A stretch of 63,752 nucleotides of DNA, the filler included, from Parasitella parasitica NRRL 2501 (Eukaryota > Fungi > Mucoromycota): NCBI GenBank assembly GCA_025201805.1. It is 10 parts of 10 records of this genome, joined end to end, with 100 filler letters (N's around TTAATTAATTAA, not from the genome) between each part and the next. Parts side by side here need not be neighbours in the genome. Positions count along the whole stretch, not along the records: positions 51,310 to 53,340 come from MU619525.1; positions 53,441 to 60,106 come from MU619247.1; positions 60,207 to 62,004 come from MU619370.1; positions 62,105 to 63,752 come from MU619392.1; 6 more parts are not named here. The stretch is one strand, 5' to 3'. Positions 52,428 to 63,752 of the stretch are shown piece after piece (position 1 is the first letter of the stretch; every line of letters begins with the position of its first letter). Position numbers and translations under genes: made by a program. Below the pieces are notes generated by a model. The model was not told the DNA's origin. It ran no database searches and saw only the letters and a list, made by a program, of their open reading frames with translations.

Positions 52428-52500
52428 ACACCTAGTCAGGGTTCGAACCGACGACCTCGACAGTTGAAGAGCTACGATCTACGAACTGCGCTACCGTTGA
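52428..52500 (-). other. tRNA-like sequence with Pol III A and B boxes but an unpaired anticodon stem
   Basis: GGTAGCGCAGTTCG...AGGTCGTCGGTTCGAACCCTGAC followed by a T run. Confidence 0.55.
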
Positions 52501-52586
52501 AGTATATACTTTGTCACAAGTAAAATTTAATACTAGCTAGGCAGTAAGTATAATATGGAGAAAAAAAAACACATGACATACACTAT

Positions 52587-52880
52587 CACTATGGTCGAAG
52601 TAGTATGCACATTATTACCTTATCATGCACAAGTGGGCATAACACTAAAGCCTAAGCTATTATGTACAGTGAATATGGTTAATAACTCATTAATATGCGC
52701 AATGTGCATAGTAGACAAAACAGCACATGTGCTTATTGTTAAGCTCATATGTGCTCTTCATTTATTCAGCCCGTTTACTTAATACTATGCTTAAAAGTGC
52801 ATAATATTTGAAATGGTTATGTGTACGACATTATGCCCATTTGTGCACAATATAGAATATAGAATCACTATATCCGCATA
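52587..52880 (+). mobile_element. Second CACTA-like end with GCACA/GTGC subterminal repeats
   Basis: Starts CACTATGGTC, followed by repeated ATGCAC/GTGCAT/GTGCTC motifs. Confidence 0.5.
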
Positions 52881-53440
52881 ATATTTATCTCTCATAAATC
52901 GCTCTAGCGTATAAATCAGGGTTTCAAATTGCAGATGGATTTATTTCAATAGATAACACCATGGATAACTTCAGTGCTATTTTTTTTTCGTCACATTTAT
53001 CATCAGTTCTAATGACTAGTGATTAGGTGTATTACTGGATAACTGGTGATAAACCATTTTATCACTAGTGATGCTTTTATCACAAAGACTAAATTGATGA
53101 CCAGTGATAAATCAATTAATGGTAAAACATCAGTAATTTTGGCTATATATCAATCACCAGCACTAAGACCTCTGCGATGTTCAGATGAGAATATAGAAGA
53201 GTAAGGATGAGAAAATAAAAGAAAGATGAAAAGAATAGAGTAAGGGTAAGAAGAGAAAATAGAAAAGTGTAGTGTCTCTTTTGTCCTGCCCGGTTAGAGC
53301 TTCGGCTTATGACAGGGAAGGTCAATAGTTCGAATCCCTGNNNNNNNNNNNNNNNNNNNNNNNNNNNNNNNNNNNNNNNNNNNNTTAATTAATTAANNNN
53401 NNNNNNNNNNNNNNNNNNNNNNNNNNNNNNNNNNNNNNNN

Positions 53441-53912
53441 TTTTTCAAAGCAGAAGTATCTGCAATATCAGTAATTTCGATCAAGGTACTGTTGGGTTCC
53501 TTGGCGACGATGTAGGGAGTAATGACATCAACAAATATATCGTTTTTTCGAGTGGCATACTTGGAATCCTGGGTCGAAGAGCGGGGTGCTAGGCCACTTT
53601 TAGGCTTCGAGGATGTAGGTTTGGATCCGTTGGCAACTGTTTGTTGAGAATTGTGGCAAGACAGGATCTTTCCCGCGGCTACATAAGACCATGAGCGGTG
53701 GGGATCAAGTGATTTGGTACCCGAGGCTTTAGGGTTTTTGCCCAAGGTAAAGGTCTGTTTGGTTGTGGAAGAAGACATGATCGACTACGTTTGAGATTTC
53801 TGGTGCCTGGATTTCTAATGAAACTCAGGAGTCATACATCTAGGTATTAAAAGCATTGAAGGATGAAATCCGGAGCGAAGAATTCGAAAAAAACTATTCC
53901 TCAGCCCTCAGT
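53441..53912 (-). mobile_element. 5' end (UTR and ORF1 start) of an L1-like LINE
   Basis: MSSSTTKQTF...RSWSYVAAG...NSTLIEIT resembles fungal LINE ORF1 N-termini. The putative 5' end ACTGAGGGCTG recurs at 59060. Confidence 0.6.
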
Positions 53913-54215
53913 TTTTATTACTGATAATGAAACTTCTCTCAGAAACGCTATTGCTTTGATGTTCCCTACGTCACGAAACATACTCTGCTATATTCATTTG
54001 TAAAATCAATCTTTTAAAACACGTTGCTGAAAAAGAAAAGAACAGAAGAGATACGATCAAACCACAAATTGATGAAATGTTCCAAGATCCTGCTTCACAT
54101 GCAATCACTGAAAAAAAAAAAGATGCAGACTTCAATTAAAATTTAAGGCTTTCTCTGTACCTGACGTCTGCTCTGATAAAAGTTCTGCGGAAAAAGCAAT
54201 TAATTACATCATCAA
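53911..54215 (+). pseudogene. MULE/Mutator transposase fragment (not in ORF track)
   Basis: Manual translation VFITDNETSLRNAIALMFPTSRNILCYIHL* contains the second catalytic Asp and the CxxH motif. Confidence 0.8.
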
Positions 54216-55272
54216 GTAAGTCGTTTAATTGAAATACTCACGTACACATGTGGATGTGTACAGCTAGGATTTCCAAATAACACTTGTCTTTTTCTTTAAT
54301 TGATTAATTTTAATGAAAAACTATTCAAGTACATACTTTTTTTTTTCTGGTGAATAAATAGAAAGCATTATACCAACTGGTGTTAAGAAATAAATATTCT
54401 AAAATAAGATGACTAAAATGAAATGCATTTATGAAATCAAGTTCATCTCTGAGATGTACTTTATTGTTACAGATGTAAATTGTTTTTGGTGGTGCTGATT
54501 GATCACCCGCACGTGATCAGAGTCTGAGCCAATTGAAGCTACGTTCCTGAACCTGATGTTGAATTCTGGGAACGTCTCATCTTAGATATATATATGGAAT
54601 TATGCTTCATACTTGAAATAAATCGAACTTTCTTACGTTTAAAATTCTGTCATTTATACTAATTTGCTATTCTATCGCTGAGATACCATACCATCTTAGT
54701 TATTCGACATAATATACACTTAAACAACAGCAAAACAGTCTAATTAGTCTCGGTATTTACCTGTTTACTGCAAGATCTTTCCAAAACATCGCTACCAATT
54801 TCACAAACCCGCACCGCAGAGTATCATTATTGACAGCTTTCCCAAACTTAAAAAAATAGTATGATGTCATCCCAATTGAAGTTGGAAGTGCATTTTGAAG
54901 TGCCAAGTGAGGTCCTTTTTTTTTTTTCTGCTTTAAAAACGTTATCAAAATCTATCAAAAAGTACATAAACAATTTTGAAAATCGCCAAATAATGTATTT
55001 ATAACTAATTTCTCTGTTTTTAATGTAAAAGTATCTTCGATAAATTATTATACAATAGCTTATGCCTGCCACCTCTGTGAATGTCCTTAGTTTGCTAATT
55101 CTCGAAATCTAAGAGATCACTATGAAATCTGTGAAGGTTTTTAGAAAGCTCCCTTTCAAATCAAGTCTTTGCTATAACATGCTTGTTATTCTAGGAATTA
55201 AATATCCAAGTACAAAAAGTAAAAGATATAACACAAAGACGTAAGTATAACTATATTTTCCTGTATACCTGA

Positions 55273-55274
<2 letters not shown>

Positions 55275-55320
<46 letters not shown>

Positions 55321-56178
55321 TGATTGCTCCGTGCAAAGCACAGTAGTGAAACTGGCTCAAGAGGCGGGCGCAAATATAGATTTAGTCAGACGGAGATAAA
55401 ATAATACTGAGGGACAGAGACTGAGAGATATTAAATAGAAGGTATAAAACATATGAAAGCAAAAGATAATAATATAAAAAGGTGTTCAGTTTACCGACAG
55501 AACTATGACCCTACCAGTATGCTACAGAACGGAATGAACTGAGTCTTCCTCAATGCGTTTTAAAACATCGATTCGGATGTTGGCCAGAACCGCGGCTGTA
55601 GTGAAAGGAGTGCCATCAAAGATAAAGCGAAAGTGAGCTCTCCAGATGTTAGCCAAGGCTATGAAAACTATGAGAGACGCAGGTACAGAACTTGTTTAGC
55701 TATAGCGAATGTCATAGAAATCAAAAGAGCGAATAGCTTGAATAATATCATGAATAGATACTGTTGGCCAAAGGAATTCGAAAACAACAGCCTGCCAAAT
55801 GTTGGCTTTGGCTGGACAATAGAAGAGGAAATGCGAAGGAGAATCAACTGTTAGTGAGCAAATAGCACATAGTGGGGAAGGGTGCTGTCCCGGGAACAGT
55901 CGATGTAGAAGAGACTTATGTGGGATTTTGTTGTTGATGAAGCGGTAGACTACATTTCTTTGTAGCATAGTTAAGGCTAAAGCCCAAAACAATGTCCAGG
56001 AGTCAGAACTAATTGATGATAGACAGGTAGGTACAAAAGTATCAGAACCACGCCTGACGAAATGTTTTGGTGGAAATCTTGGAGAGGACGGTCGCCCCTT
56101 TAGGAAATTCTAATTGTAAGGCTAAGGGAGTGAAGTCAATTGTTGATGACGATGCTGACGTTGAACTGGATGAAATAG
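55275..56178 (-). mobile_element. 5'-truncated L1-like LINE (ORF2 zf-RVT end, 3' UTR, poly(A)) with TSD
   Basis: CAICSLTVDSPSHFLFYC. AATAAA plus A44 tail (T run 55275-55318). TSD TACCTGACC at 55266-55274 and 56179-56187. Confidence 0.92.
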
Positions 56179-56448
56179 TACCTGACCTTTCGCACCAGCA
56201 AGAAATACATTTCTGCTTTTTCAGCTCAGCTAAATCAAGAGTAAATCCCTGTCATTGAACAATTTGGCTCGTTAATTTTTCTCTAACAGCTTTTTCCTTG
56301 ATAGCAAAATGTGTTCGTAAACTTTGGTTGCATAAGCTGCACATCCCACTACGACACAATAGTTGAGCTTGGAACTCACCTGGATGAAAAGCATAGTAAG
56401 TAATAAAGCGTAATTATATTTTGATATTTATCTATATATCTTTTGATA

Positions 56449-57957
56449 GCCGTAAAAGAAAGAGTCGAAGTAGAGAAAGGCTTCAAATTACTAAAGAATG
56501 ATGACAAATGGATGCTGTCTACCAGAAAAATAGTAGAAGACAGCCTTTATACTTTTGAAAAGTCGCAAATTGCTGATCATCCTTCTCAGTCATTGATATA
56601 TGATGCTGAAAATGCCGCTTCATATATCGAGAACAACGTGTTTACTCTCGAAGAAACACAAGAAATCGAGGCATTTAAGCCCCACGAGTTTGAACGTTTA
56701 CCTGACGAAGTAAGGGAATATCTCAACAAATTCAATTGTCAATCGACAACTGATTTTAGGTCAGTTCTATACGAAAAACAAAGTTGGGAAGAAAACTATC
56801 AACGAGATCAGCATTTTGACCTGGACTGGATCAAACATTCTGTCTACACTTTATTGAGACAATATGAAAGTGGCAGTCTAAAGAATGATCACCTCGAGAA
56901 TTGGTACAATGTTCATATCTGGTCAATCATTGATTCTGCTTTTGATAACTTGCAAGAGCTGGAGATTGTTAGGTAAGCTTTGTTATACATACATGTGTAA
57001 GTGTACATTTGTTTTTTTGGATTAACAAAAGTCAATTATTTCCAGGGGAGAAGGAATTTCGTTGGCTAGCTCAATCAGAAAAAGTCGCAAAAGAACGATC
57101 CAAGATGTCAACAGTAAGGTTCGAAAGCCCTTGGGTCGTCGCTTTGACTTCCTTATCCGAGAAAATATTCCAAAGAGCACTTGTAGTCTGGAGTATGGAG
57201 CAGCAGAAGTTGCAAAAGATCTTGGGCTAAATGGAAACAAAGTTCTTAAAGAAGGAGGGGAAAAACTTCCTAAAGTGTTGAAAGATATGCTTGATTTATT
57301 GATCAAAAGAAAACAAGGTGATTGCGACGACTTGAGCACTGTGGGCATAGTTCACTCAGGTAAAAATAAAGTTAACTTAACAGTATGTCTAATGATCGAC
57401 TGATATACACTAAATGGTTGCTAATTCATAGGTCTTCACTTGAGAGTAATTTTAGCTGATAGACCAAAGGGATATGTTACAACAATTACCAGTTACAAAA
57501 AACTTAAGCTTTCTACGGAGATTACTGGTTTTGGAGAGCAGGTTTTACCTGTATGTAATGTCTGAGATAGGATAATTATAGAATAATCTCGTTTTACTTA
57601 TTGCTATACTAAGAGTATTTATACTAGTTTGGTCTAACTAAGAAGTATCTGATTACTAAGTATCAAGTACCAATTGATATCAATATGATTATGCTAGAAG
57701 CATTCATATTGATATCTTCTATAGGATTGGGTACTTGATCTTATCTAAGCTTTCTACAAGCTTCCAGCATCCTCCGTAGTTATCGACCTATTCAAGCTCC
57801 GGCTATGGTTGATCCCACTACACTGTACTAGTCCAAATTTACAAGGTTAAGTAAAAAAAAAGCCAATGACCCCGATTGGTTGGATAACTGCATCAAGAAT
57901 ACACCAGGAATCATAATCCCAGTTACTTCTACTTCAACGGAAACTTCATTTCAATAA
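56449..57957 (+). pseudogene. PD-(D/E)XK REase-like gene, 5'-incomplete, interrupted by a solo LTR
   Basis: HLENWYNVHIWSIID, VRGE, GRRFDFLIR, EYGAAEVAK, KLPKVLKDML and DRPKGYV. The frame QVLPV/LVQIYK is restored on removing 57554-57827. Confidence 0.68.
57554..57822. mobile_element. Solo LTR (269 bp) with 5-bp TSD
   Basis: TGTAATG...CACTACA termini. CTGTA at 57549-57553 and 57823-57827. Confidence 0.88.
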
Positions 57958-58325
57958 AAAACTGCGAGAACATAAATGCTTTACCAACATATTAATCACA
58001 AACACAATGTCAGGGACAGAGACGGGTTAACAAATAATTTACTTTACGGATAACACAGGGAGATGCTAATTGAATATATAACTCTACCTGAAGTAAGAAA
58101 GAAAAAGGGGAACACAATATTAAAAAGGTTTCAAGAACAAACTTTATTATTGACATCTTTAGAGTTTGTAATATAAAAATCATCTTCCTTTTTATTCCAA
58201 ACTTCCCCAGAGCTGAATATATAAAAGGCAATTTTCCAAATATTTGAAATCAATTATTATAGGGTAAATTCTAAAGAGTAATTATGCAAAAGGCAGCACA
58301 GCTTCTTATAATTCATGACACTCAA

Positions 58326-58443
58326 GCATAAACGCAGGCATAAACGCAGGCATAAACGCAGGCATAAACGCAGGCATAAACGCAGGCATAAACGCAGGCA
58401 TAAACGCAGGCGTACATCCGTACAGTTGGTTAATTTGGGAGTG
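58326..58443 (-). repeat. Seven perfect 12-bp tandem units (GCATAAACGCAG) plus putative transposon terminus
   Basis: Array 58326-58409, followed by GCGTACATCCGTACAGTTGGT...GGGAGTG. Confidence 0.85.
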
Positions 58444-59187
58444 ACTAACTGTTTTTGCTCCCCTTTCAACACTGTTGACTATAATTCGTTTTTTGTTTTA
58501 GACTTTCTGAACTTCTTTTTAGTTCTAAATGCCACATTTATTGTTTATCTTCAAGACAACTTGATTAGCTTTGCTAAATGTTTAGTATGATTTTATAGAC
58601 ATCAAAACCAAAATACTAATGATAATTCTTATTTGCTTACACTGATCTAATGAATAGAAATTTTGAGTAAGTTTTATTTTTCTACAGGAAAATTTAACTT
58701 GCAGGAAGATTATCGGATACTCTGTGTTGATGTGTCAATTTCCAACCGGAAGCCAAATTCAAGTAAACTCAAACCTGAACATAATTCAGGAACATATCCC
58801 AATAGCAATGGATCATGTTTCTTATTTAAAACTCAACATGACATGTTCATGGACAATAGATACAATCTTTCGATCCATCCTCTAAATCACATTATTTTTC
58901 CATGAAATGATTTCTCGTTCTGATAAATTGTGTGTCATCAAGTCGATACGCCCTAACTGGGGTATTTTGTTATAATAAAATCTTACTTTGATGTTTCATG
59001 AGATCGTACTATTCTTAAGTCATGCCTTAAAGGATACTGAGAATTTGACAACAAGGATTACTGAGGGCTGTGAAGCTGTTCTCCTGGAGCATCTGCAGAA
59101 CTTCATTCGACATTTCATTAAAAAGATTTGAAAACTGCAAAAACAAATAGCCGATCTAATAAAGTCATCTGTCTCTACCACTTTGTA

Positions 59188-59322
59188 CAGTTTTGACACT
59201 GACCAACTTAATTCCAGAAAATGACCAATTGGTATTCAAAAAGCCGACCAATTTATATTTTAACAAGATGACCAAACAGGCTTCAAAAATTCGACCAATT
59301 GGGTCGGTAAAGTGACCAATTT
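59188..59322 (+). mobile_element. Putative TA-CAG DNA transposon end with GACCAA subterminal repeats
   Basis: TA followed by CAGTTTTGAC and six spaced GACCAA motifs. Confidence 0.5.
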
Positions 59323-59466
59323 GAGAGTGGAAATAGTAAAAGTTAGTAAACAACACTGCTGTGAGCACTGCACAGTGCTTACGGTTTCAATTGGCGCGTT
59401 TTCAAAAGTCTAAAAGATACCAACCAGCGGCTTCTTGCAATGGAAAATTGAAGGGTGTGATTCTAT

Positions 59467-59564
59467 CACTCCCACCAACTGAACGGATGTACGCCTGCGT
59501 TTATGGCTGCGTTTATGGCTGCGTTTATGGCTGCGTCTATGGCTTCGTTTGTGCCTGCGTTTAT
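59467..59564 (+). repeat. Inverted counterpart of 58326-58443: terminus plus about six degenerate 12-bp units
   Basis: CACTCCCACCAACTGAACGGATGTACGC followed by (CTGCGTTTATGG)n. Confidence 0.85.
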
Positions 59565-59884
59565 AAATATCGCCATGTTAGCAATTTGCTGTTGCAGCTA
59601 AACGCAGTAAAAATAACGACGAAATACGTCTATAGCCCTTCTTTATTTTTGAAGTATTATCCTTCTACTTTAATTAATATTATTCATGTTATCTGTTAGA
59701 CGCCCTATTAACTTTCTACTCAATAGTCTTTGCTGCTGGGGAGTCTCTTTATTCACACGGATCCCCTTATTTTCTGTCGTCGGATAAATGTTTGAAGAGG
59801 GTGTGGCTTCGAGTGGCTTTTAAGTGTCATTTATAAATATTTGACGATCTTCAACCAGAATAATATAAGATAATAACTCTAATC

Positions 59885-60106
59885 ATGTCTGAAACTCCAC
59901 CTATCGTATATAGTGTAGCTAATATCAAAAATGCGTTGAGCATAATGCCATCGAATCAATCAAGGAAACTACCATTGGATGTAGTAATTTATGTTAAGAC
60001 CTCAGTATGGGAAGCATGTCTATTAAAGATAAACGAATACTGCGGTACCAAATGGACAAAACTAAGAAAATGGAAAAGTAGTGACAAAGTCGTATTTGGA
60101 GAAACA
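59885..60106 (+). CDS. 5' fragment of an unknown, possibly transposase, gene; runs into gap
   Basis: Open frame MSETPPIVY...INEYCGTKW starting ~420 bp inside the putative terminus at 59467. No catalytic motif visible. Confidence 0.4.
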
Positions 60107-61273
60107 NNNNNNNNNNNNNNNNNNNNNNNNNNNNNNNNNNNNNNNNNNNNTTAATTAATTAANNNNNNNNNNNNNNNNNNNNNNNNNNNNNNNNNNNNNN
60201 NNNNNNCTTTCACCATTGATGGAGATTTGCGTAACATTGGTTGGCCGTGTTAAGATGGCTATCGTCATACTTTAGTTATTCTGTTAAATATATCCTTATC
60301 TAGAATGATGGGAAAAACTCATTGAATGTCGAGCTGCCATAATTGATATCTTTGTCATTATTATTCTTATTCTGAATGTTTGTTGTGTAAGTGAAAGCAC
60401 TTTGATTAGGGGTGTTTTCTTTCACACGACATTCATTGATAAGGTCTTAAATTGTATTTGTAATTCGATTTGATTCATATGACTTTATATGTTATGCGAA
60501 CTCGAATGGCATGAATTAACTATGCGTGACATTTGAGTCTTATTTTTTCAGTTATGCGCTTTTAGTTATACCATTCGATTGCACCTGGGACCTTGCAAGA
60601 GGTCCAATTACAACTTGTAGCTTATTTCTTATTTGTAAAAGAACTACCAACAATTAATATCATGATCTGTGCATTATGACTAAGTTATTATATATGACAT
60701 ATTTAACCTTTATATATGGATACAACAAGTTGGATACATAAAAGTATAAAACGAAAGGTCAACGGGATACAAAACCATAAAGATATATCGCGCGCGCGAT
60801 ACTTTATTTAAATTTGAAATTGCATCAGCTATTTATGCCTTTTTTAAATCTACAATACGTAAATTTATGGTGACTTATTTAGATTACTAATTGCCAAGAC
60901 TAATTTCCAGTAACAATCTACTTGACAGGGTATAGTTTAGGATCATCATGCAAGAGAAGGGCTACCTGTCATCTTTGAGATCTGACAGTACTGATACGTG
61001 CAAGTAGACGTTGTGTACCATTTAAATTACACTTCTTTATTTATAAATTGATCTTACTGCAGGTTGCATATGCTTTGAATATGTGTGAAAATACTAGTAA
61101 AATATATAAAAAAAAAATACTTTTTAAAACTTGATGTATATTTCAGATATTTCAATACAATAAAAAGAGACTTGTAATAATTCACAGCTTTCAACTGTAT
61201 CCGAACAATAAAAGAAGTATCTCGTTTATTATGATATAAATACAGGGTATTTATATCTTCAATTATTTACTAC

Positions 61274-61639
61274 AACTGAGATGGTAGCTGTAATAACCAA
61301 TAGATTAATGGGATAGTATGTTGTCACTGTTGATGAACGAATAGAAAATACACCGCGTTATCATTGTCAATTGGTTTGATATGTTTTATTGTTGAGATTG
61401 ATCCCAGAATATGAGCTGATGTAACATATCAAATAGTTTGTTCCCACCTTGACATTTGAGAGCAAGTCCGCATATCTTGTTGATGTCATGGCAGCCGAGA
61501 CATTGCGATATCCAGTGACCGTTGAGATATTATACTGATTCGTATCTGATACAATCATATAATATATTTGCAGTAAATCAGCAAGCGTAGTACTTGTAGG
61601 AATTGATATAGTGCAGATGTAGCAGTGCGTATACATCAA
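61274..61639 (-). repeat. Dispersed repeat family D (inverted copy of 63387-63752)
   Basis: Near-identical reverse complement. Both copies yield nearly the same 90-aa ORF. Confidence 0.9.
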
Positions 61640-62496
61640 AACTGTTATATAATTTCTTATGTCAAAATATGTCAGTAAAATGAATCCGCAAAAGAGTTAA
61701 ACTTTTATTAGAAATACATCCTCTGGATGCATTCACATAAACAAACATTATGTGCTAACGTCATTATACCCGACTGTAACCAAGATTTATATATAGAGCA
61801 TACGGTGTAAACCCATGATTTACCACGCATATTGGTTTTAGCACCTTGATCTTGCTACAAGCTCTATCGCATCTTATTGATATAACAACATTATGCATCA
61901 TCCAGTTAAGCATGATCATCGCTATATGAGCATAACTTGCTTTCCACTGGGCGATGTCTCTATCAAAAGTTATCTGCAAAAACAGTTTTATTTTTCAATA
62001 TTTANNNNNNNNNNNNNNNNNNNNNNNNNNNNNNNNNNNNNNNNNNNNTTAATTAATTAANNNNNNNNNNNNNNNNNNNNNNNNNNNNNNNNNNNNNNNN
62101 NNNNAAAAAAAAAAAAAAACAGAATTAAAAAATACATAATCATCTTCCCATTTATTTGAACATAAGCAATGAGCATTGATGTGCCAATTTCCCAACCGGA
62201 AGTCAAACTCAAGTAAACTCAATCCTGAACACAATTCAGGAACATATCCCAATGGATCATGTTCCTTATTTATAACTCAACATGAAATGTTCATGGACAA
62301 TAGATACAATCTATCGTTCCATTCTCTAAATCACACCATGTCTCACACTTGTACAGTATCTTATCTTCCCATCAGTCCACTTAGATTTACTAGTATATAA
62401 ACCATCATTTTTTCCATGTAATAAACGAGATCTTTACCTGATTAATTCACAACCGTTTTATTCGAATAATTTCTTCTCATTCTGATGAATCAGCTA

Positions 62497-62764
62497 ATTT
62501 TACTTTTTTGAGCACATTTTTTTGAGTGTACGGGCAGATTTTTTCAAGCATTTTGAGCGTAATTTTAAGCCTATAAAACTAGTAATTTATGTGCTCATTT
62601 GAGCATAAAAATGTGATCATTTAAGATGTTTCGATTTTTGTCCTCGCATGATCACAAATATCGCCTTAACCTCTAGCTCAATAAGCACTTTTTTTGGCTC
62701 TAAAAAATGTTCCAGTGCATGCACATATCTATATTCTCATGAGAGCATTGGGGTGGCCATAGTG
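62497..62764 (-). mobile_element. CACTA-like end inserted into LINE ORF1
   Basis: Copy of 47345-47625 ending GGCCATAGTG, directly abutting the ORF1 zinc-knuckle codons. Confidence 0.75.
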
Positions 62765-63386
62765 GACAATTCTTTTTGAGATGCTCAGACTTACGACAAT
62801 AGTGGCAAAAAACTGGAGCACCCTTAAAAGAAGCAGACACGTAACGACCACACCAGTCAAGGTAGACATTACGGACTAAAGACAGGTAGGAAACCTCGGT
62901 GTCACTGATATCAAGCAGTGCAGAAACTTCTCCCTCGAAAAAAAAACCACCAGCGCCGGTATGTTTGCGCAGTTGGCACACTCTACCGTGGTGTCTAAGC
63001 AATTCGACCATTTGATGAGCAAATTCTGTGGCTTTTATACCAGCGGACCAAGGGACATTGTTCAACAGAAGCTTGAAAAGAGTATTACTAGTGCCGACGC
63101 TGATTGGAGTGCCTTTGTAAACTCTCTCCTTGTAAATGACTCCAATGGTCACAGCCCTTGTATAATATCGTCAGACTGATCAAATTGGACCTCGACAATT
63201 CGAACTTGACGTTGTTGTGAACCCATCTTGCTGATGGGACGTACATTGTTGATGCGGCCGATCTGTTCCTCCTGAATTAAAGAGTAAATAGTCGTACGAT
63301 TTGGGAAAGTAAACAAAACCGAATCTTGATACAAAATATCTTGAGCAATGGCTGCTGCAAGCCTTCGACTTCAAAGAGGGTTGTAA
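62765..63386 (-). mobile_element. L1-like LINE ORF1 fragment (frameshifted)
   Basis: DSVLFTFP, IVEVQF, HGRVCQLRK, FFEGE and ASFKGAPVFCHYCRKSEHLKKNCP. Confidence 0.82.
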
Positions 63387-63752
63387 TTGATGTATACGCA
63401 CTGCTACATCTGCACTATATCAATTCCTACAAGTACTACGCTTGCTGATTTACTGCAAATATATTATATGATTGTATCAGATACGAATCAGTATAATATC
63501 TCAACGGTCACTGGATATCCCAATGTCTCGGCTGCCATGACATCAACAAGATATGCGGACTTGCTCTCAAATGTTAAGGTGCGAACAAACTATTTGATAT
63601 GTTACATCAGCTCATATTCTTGGATCAATCTCAACAATGAAACATATCAAACCAATTGACAATGATAATACGGTGTATTTTCTATTCGTTCATCAACAGT
63701 GACAACATACTATCACATTAATCTATTGGTTATTACAGCTACCATCTCAGTT
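63387..63752 (+). repeat. Dispersed repeat family D copy
   Basis: Reverse complement of 61274-61639. Confidence 0.9.

Noticed and set aside
52428-52500. Selenocysteine or opal suppressor tRNA (TCA in the loop position)
   Set aside because: The anticodon and acceptor stems do not pair and there is no long variable arm.
54757-56390. Degraded minus-strand coding-like sequence on both sides of the LINE insertion
   Set aside because: Multiple stops and no recognisable motif, so it cannot be assigned.
58315-58590. 12-bp array as a CRISPR-like array, or the HKRR/LRLC-repeat ORFs as genes
   Set aside because: Perfect tandem units with no spacers. The ORFs are by-products of the repeat.
60786-60800. 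CG-alternating palindrome ATCGCGCGCGCGAT
   Set aside because: Too short and isolated to support a function.
61367-61639. Duplicated 90-aa ORF as a gene pair or large hairpin with 63387-63659
   Set aside because: Non-ATG start, lies within a dispersed repeat, and the copies are on different contigs.

Overview
Mucorales (probably Mucor) nuclear DNA with short GT-AG introns. The window is ten contigs joined by artificial 100-nt N44-TTAATTAATTAA-N44 spacers, so adjacency across a spacer means nothing. Contigs 1-19156 and 19257-37952 are gene-rich: CWC21, CTNNBL1, ISD11, a SAM methyltransferase, ALG1, YVH1, a cytochrome b5/acyl-CoA dehydrogenase, COQ2, COQ4, RTR1, CK2-beta and a bZIP factor. The rest is mostly transposon debris: L1-like LINEs, solo LTRs with target-site duplications (TSDs), Tc1, MULE and CACTA-like ends, plus one tRNA-Arg. 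Three candidate systems stand out. (1) A spliced Fanzor1 (eukaryotic TnpB-like RNA-guided nuclease) C-terminus, absent from the ORF track, has an omegaRNA-like UNCG hairpin and sits in a TA-flanked DNA transposon end that truncates an Argonaute pseudogene. (2) An AT-rich multi-gene cassette (TDG/MUG-family DNA glycosylase, Zn-finger/OTU protease-like gene, large unknown gene) is joined directly to 28S rDNA at the peptidyl-transferase-centre sequence, suggesting an rDNA-targeting cargo element. (3) A putative DNA transposon family with CACTCCC ends and 12-bp subterminal arrays appears to carry a PD-(D/E)XK nuclease-fold gene. All family assignments are from motif recognition by eye, not database searches.
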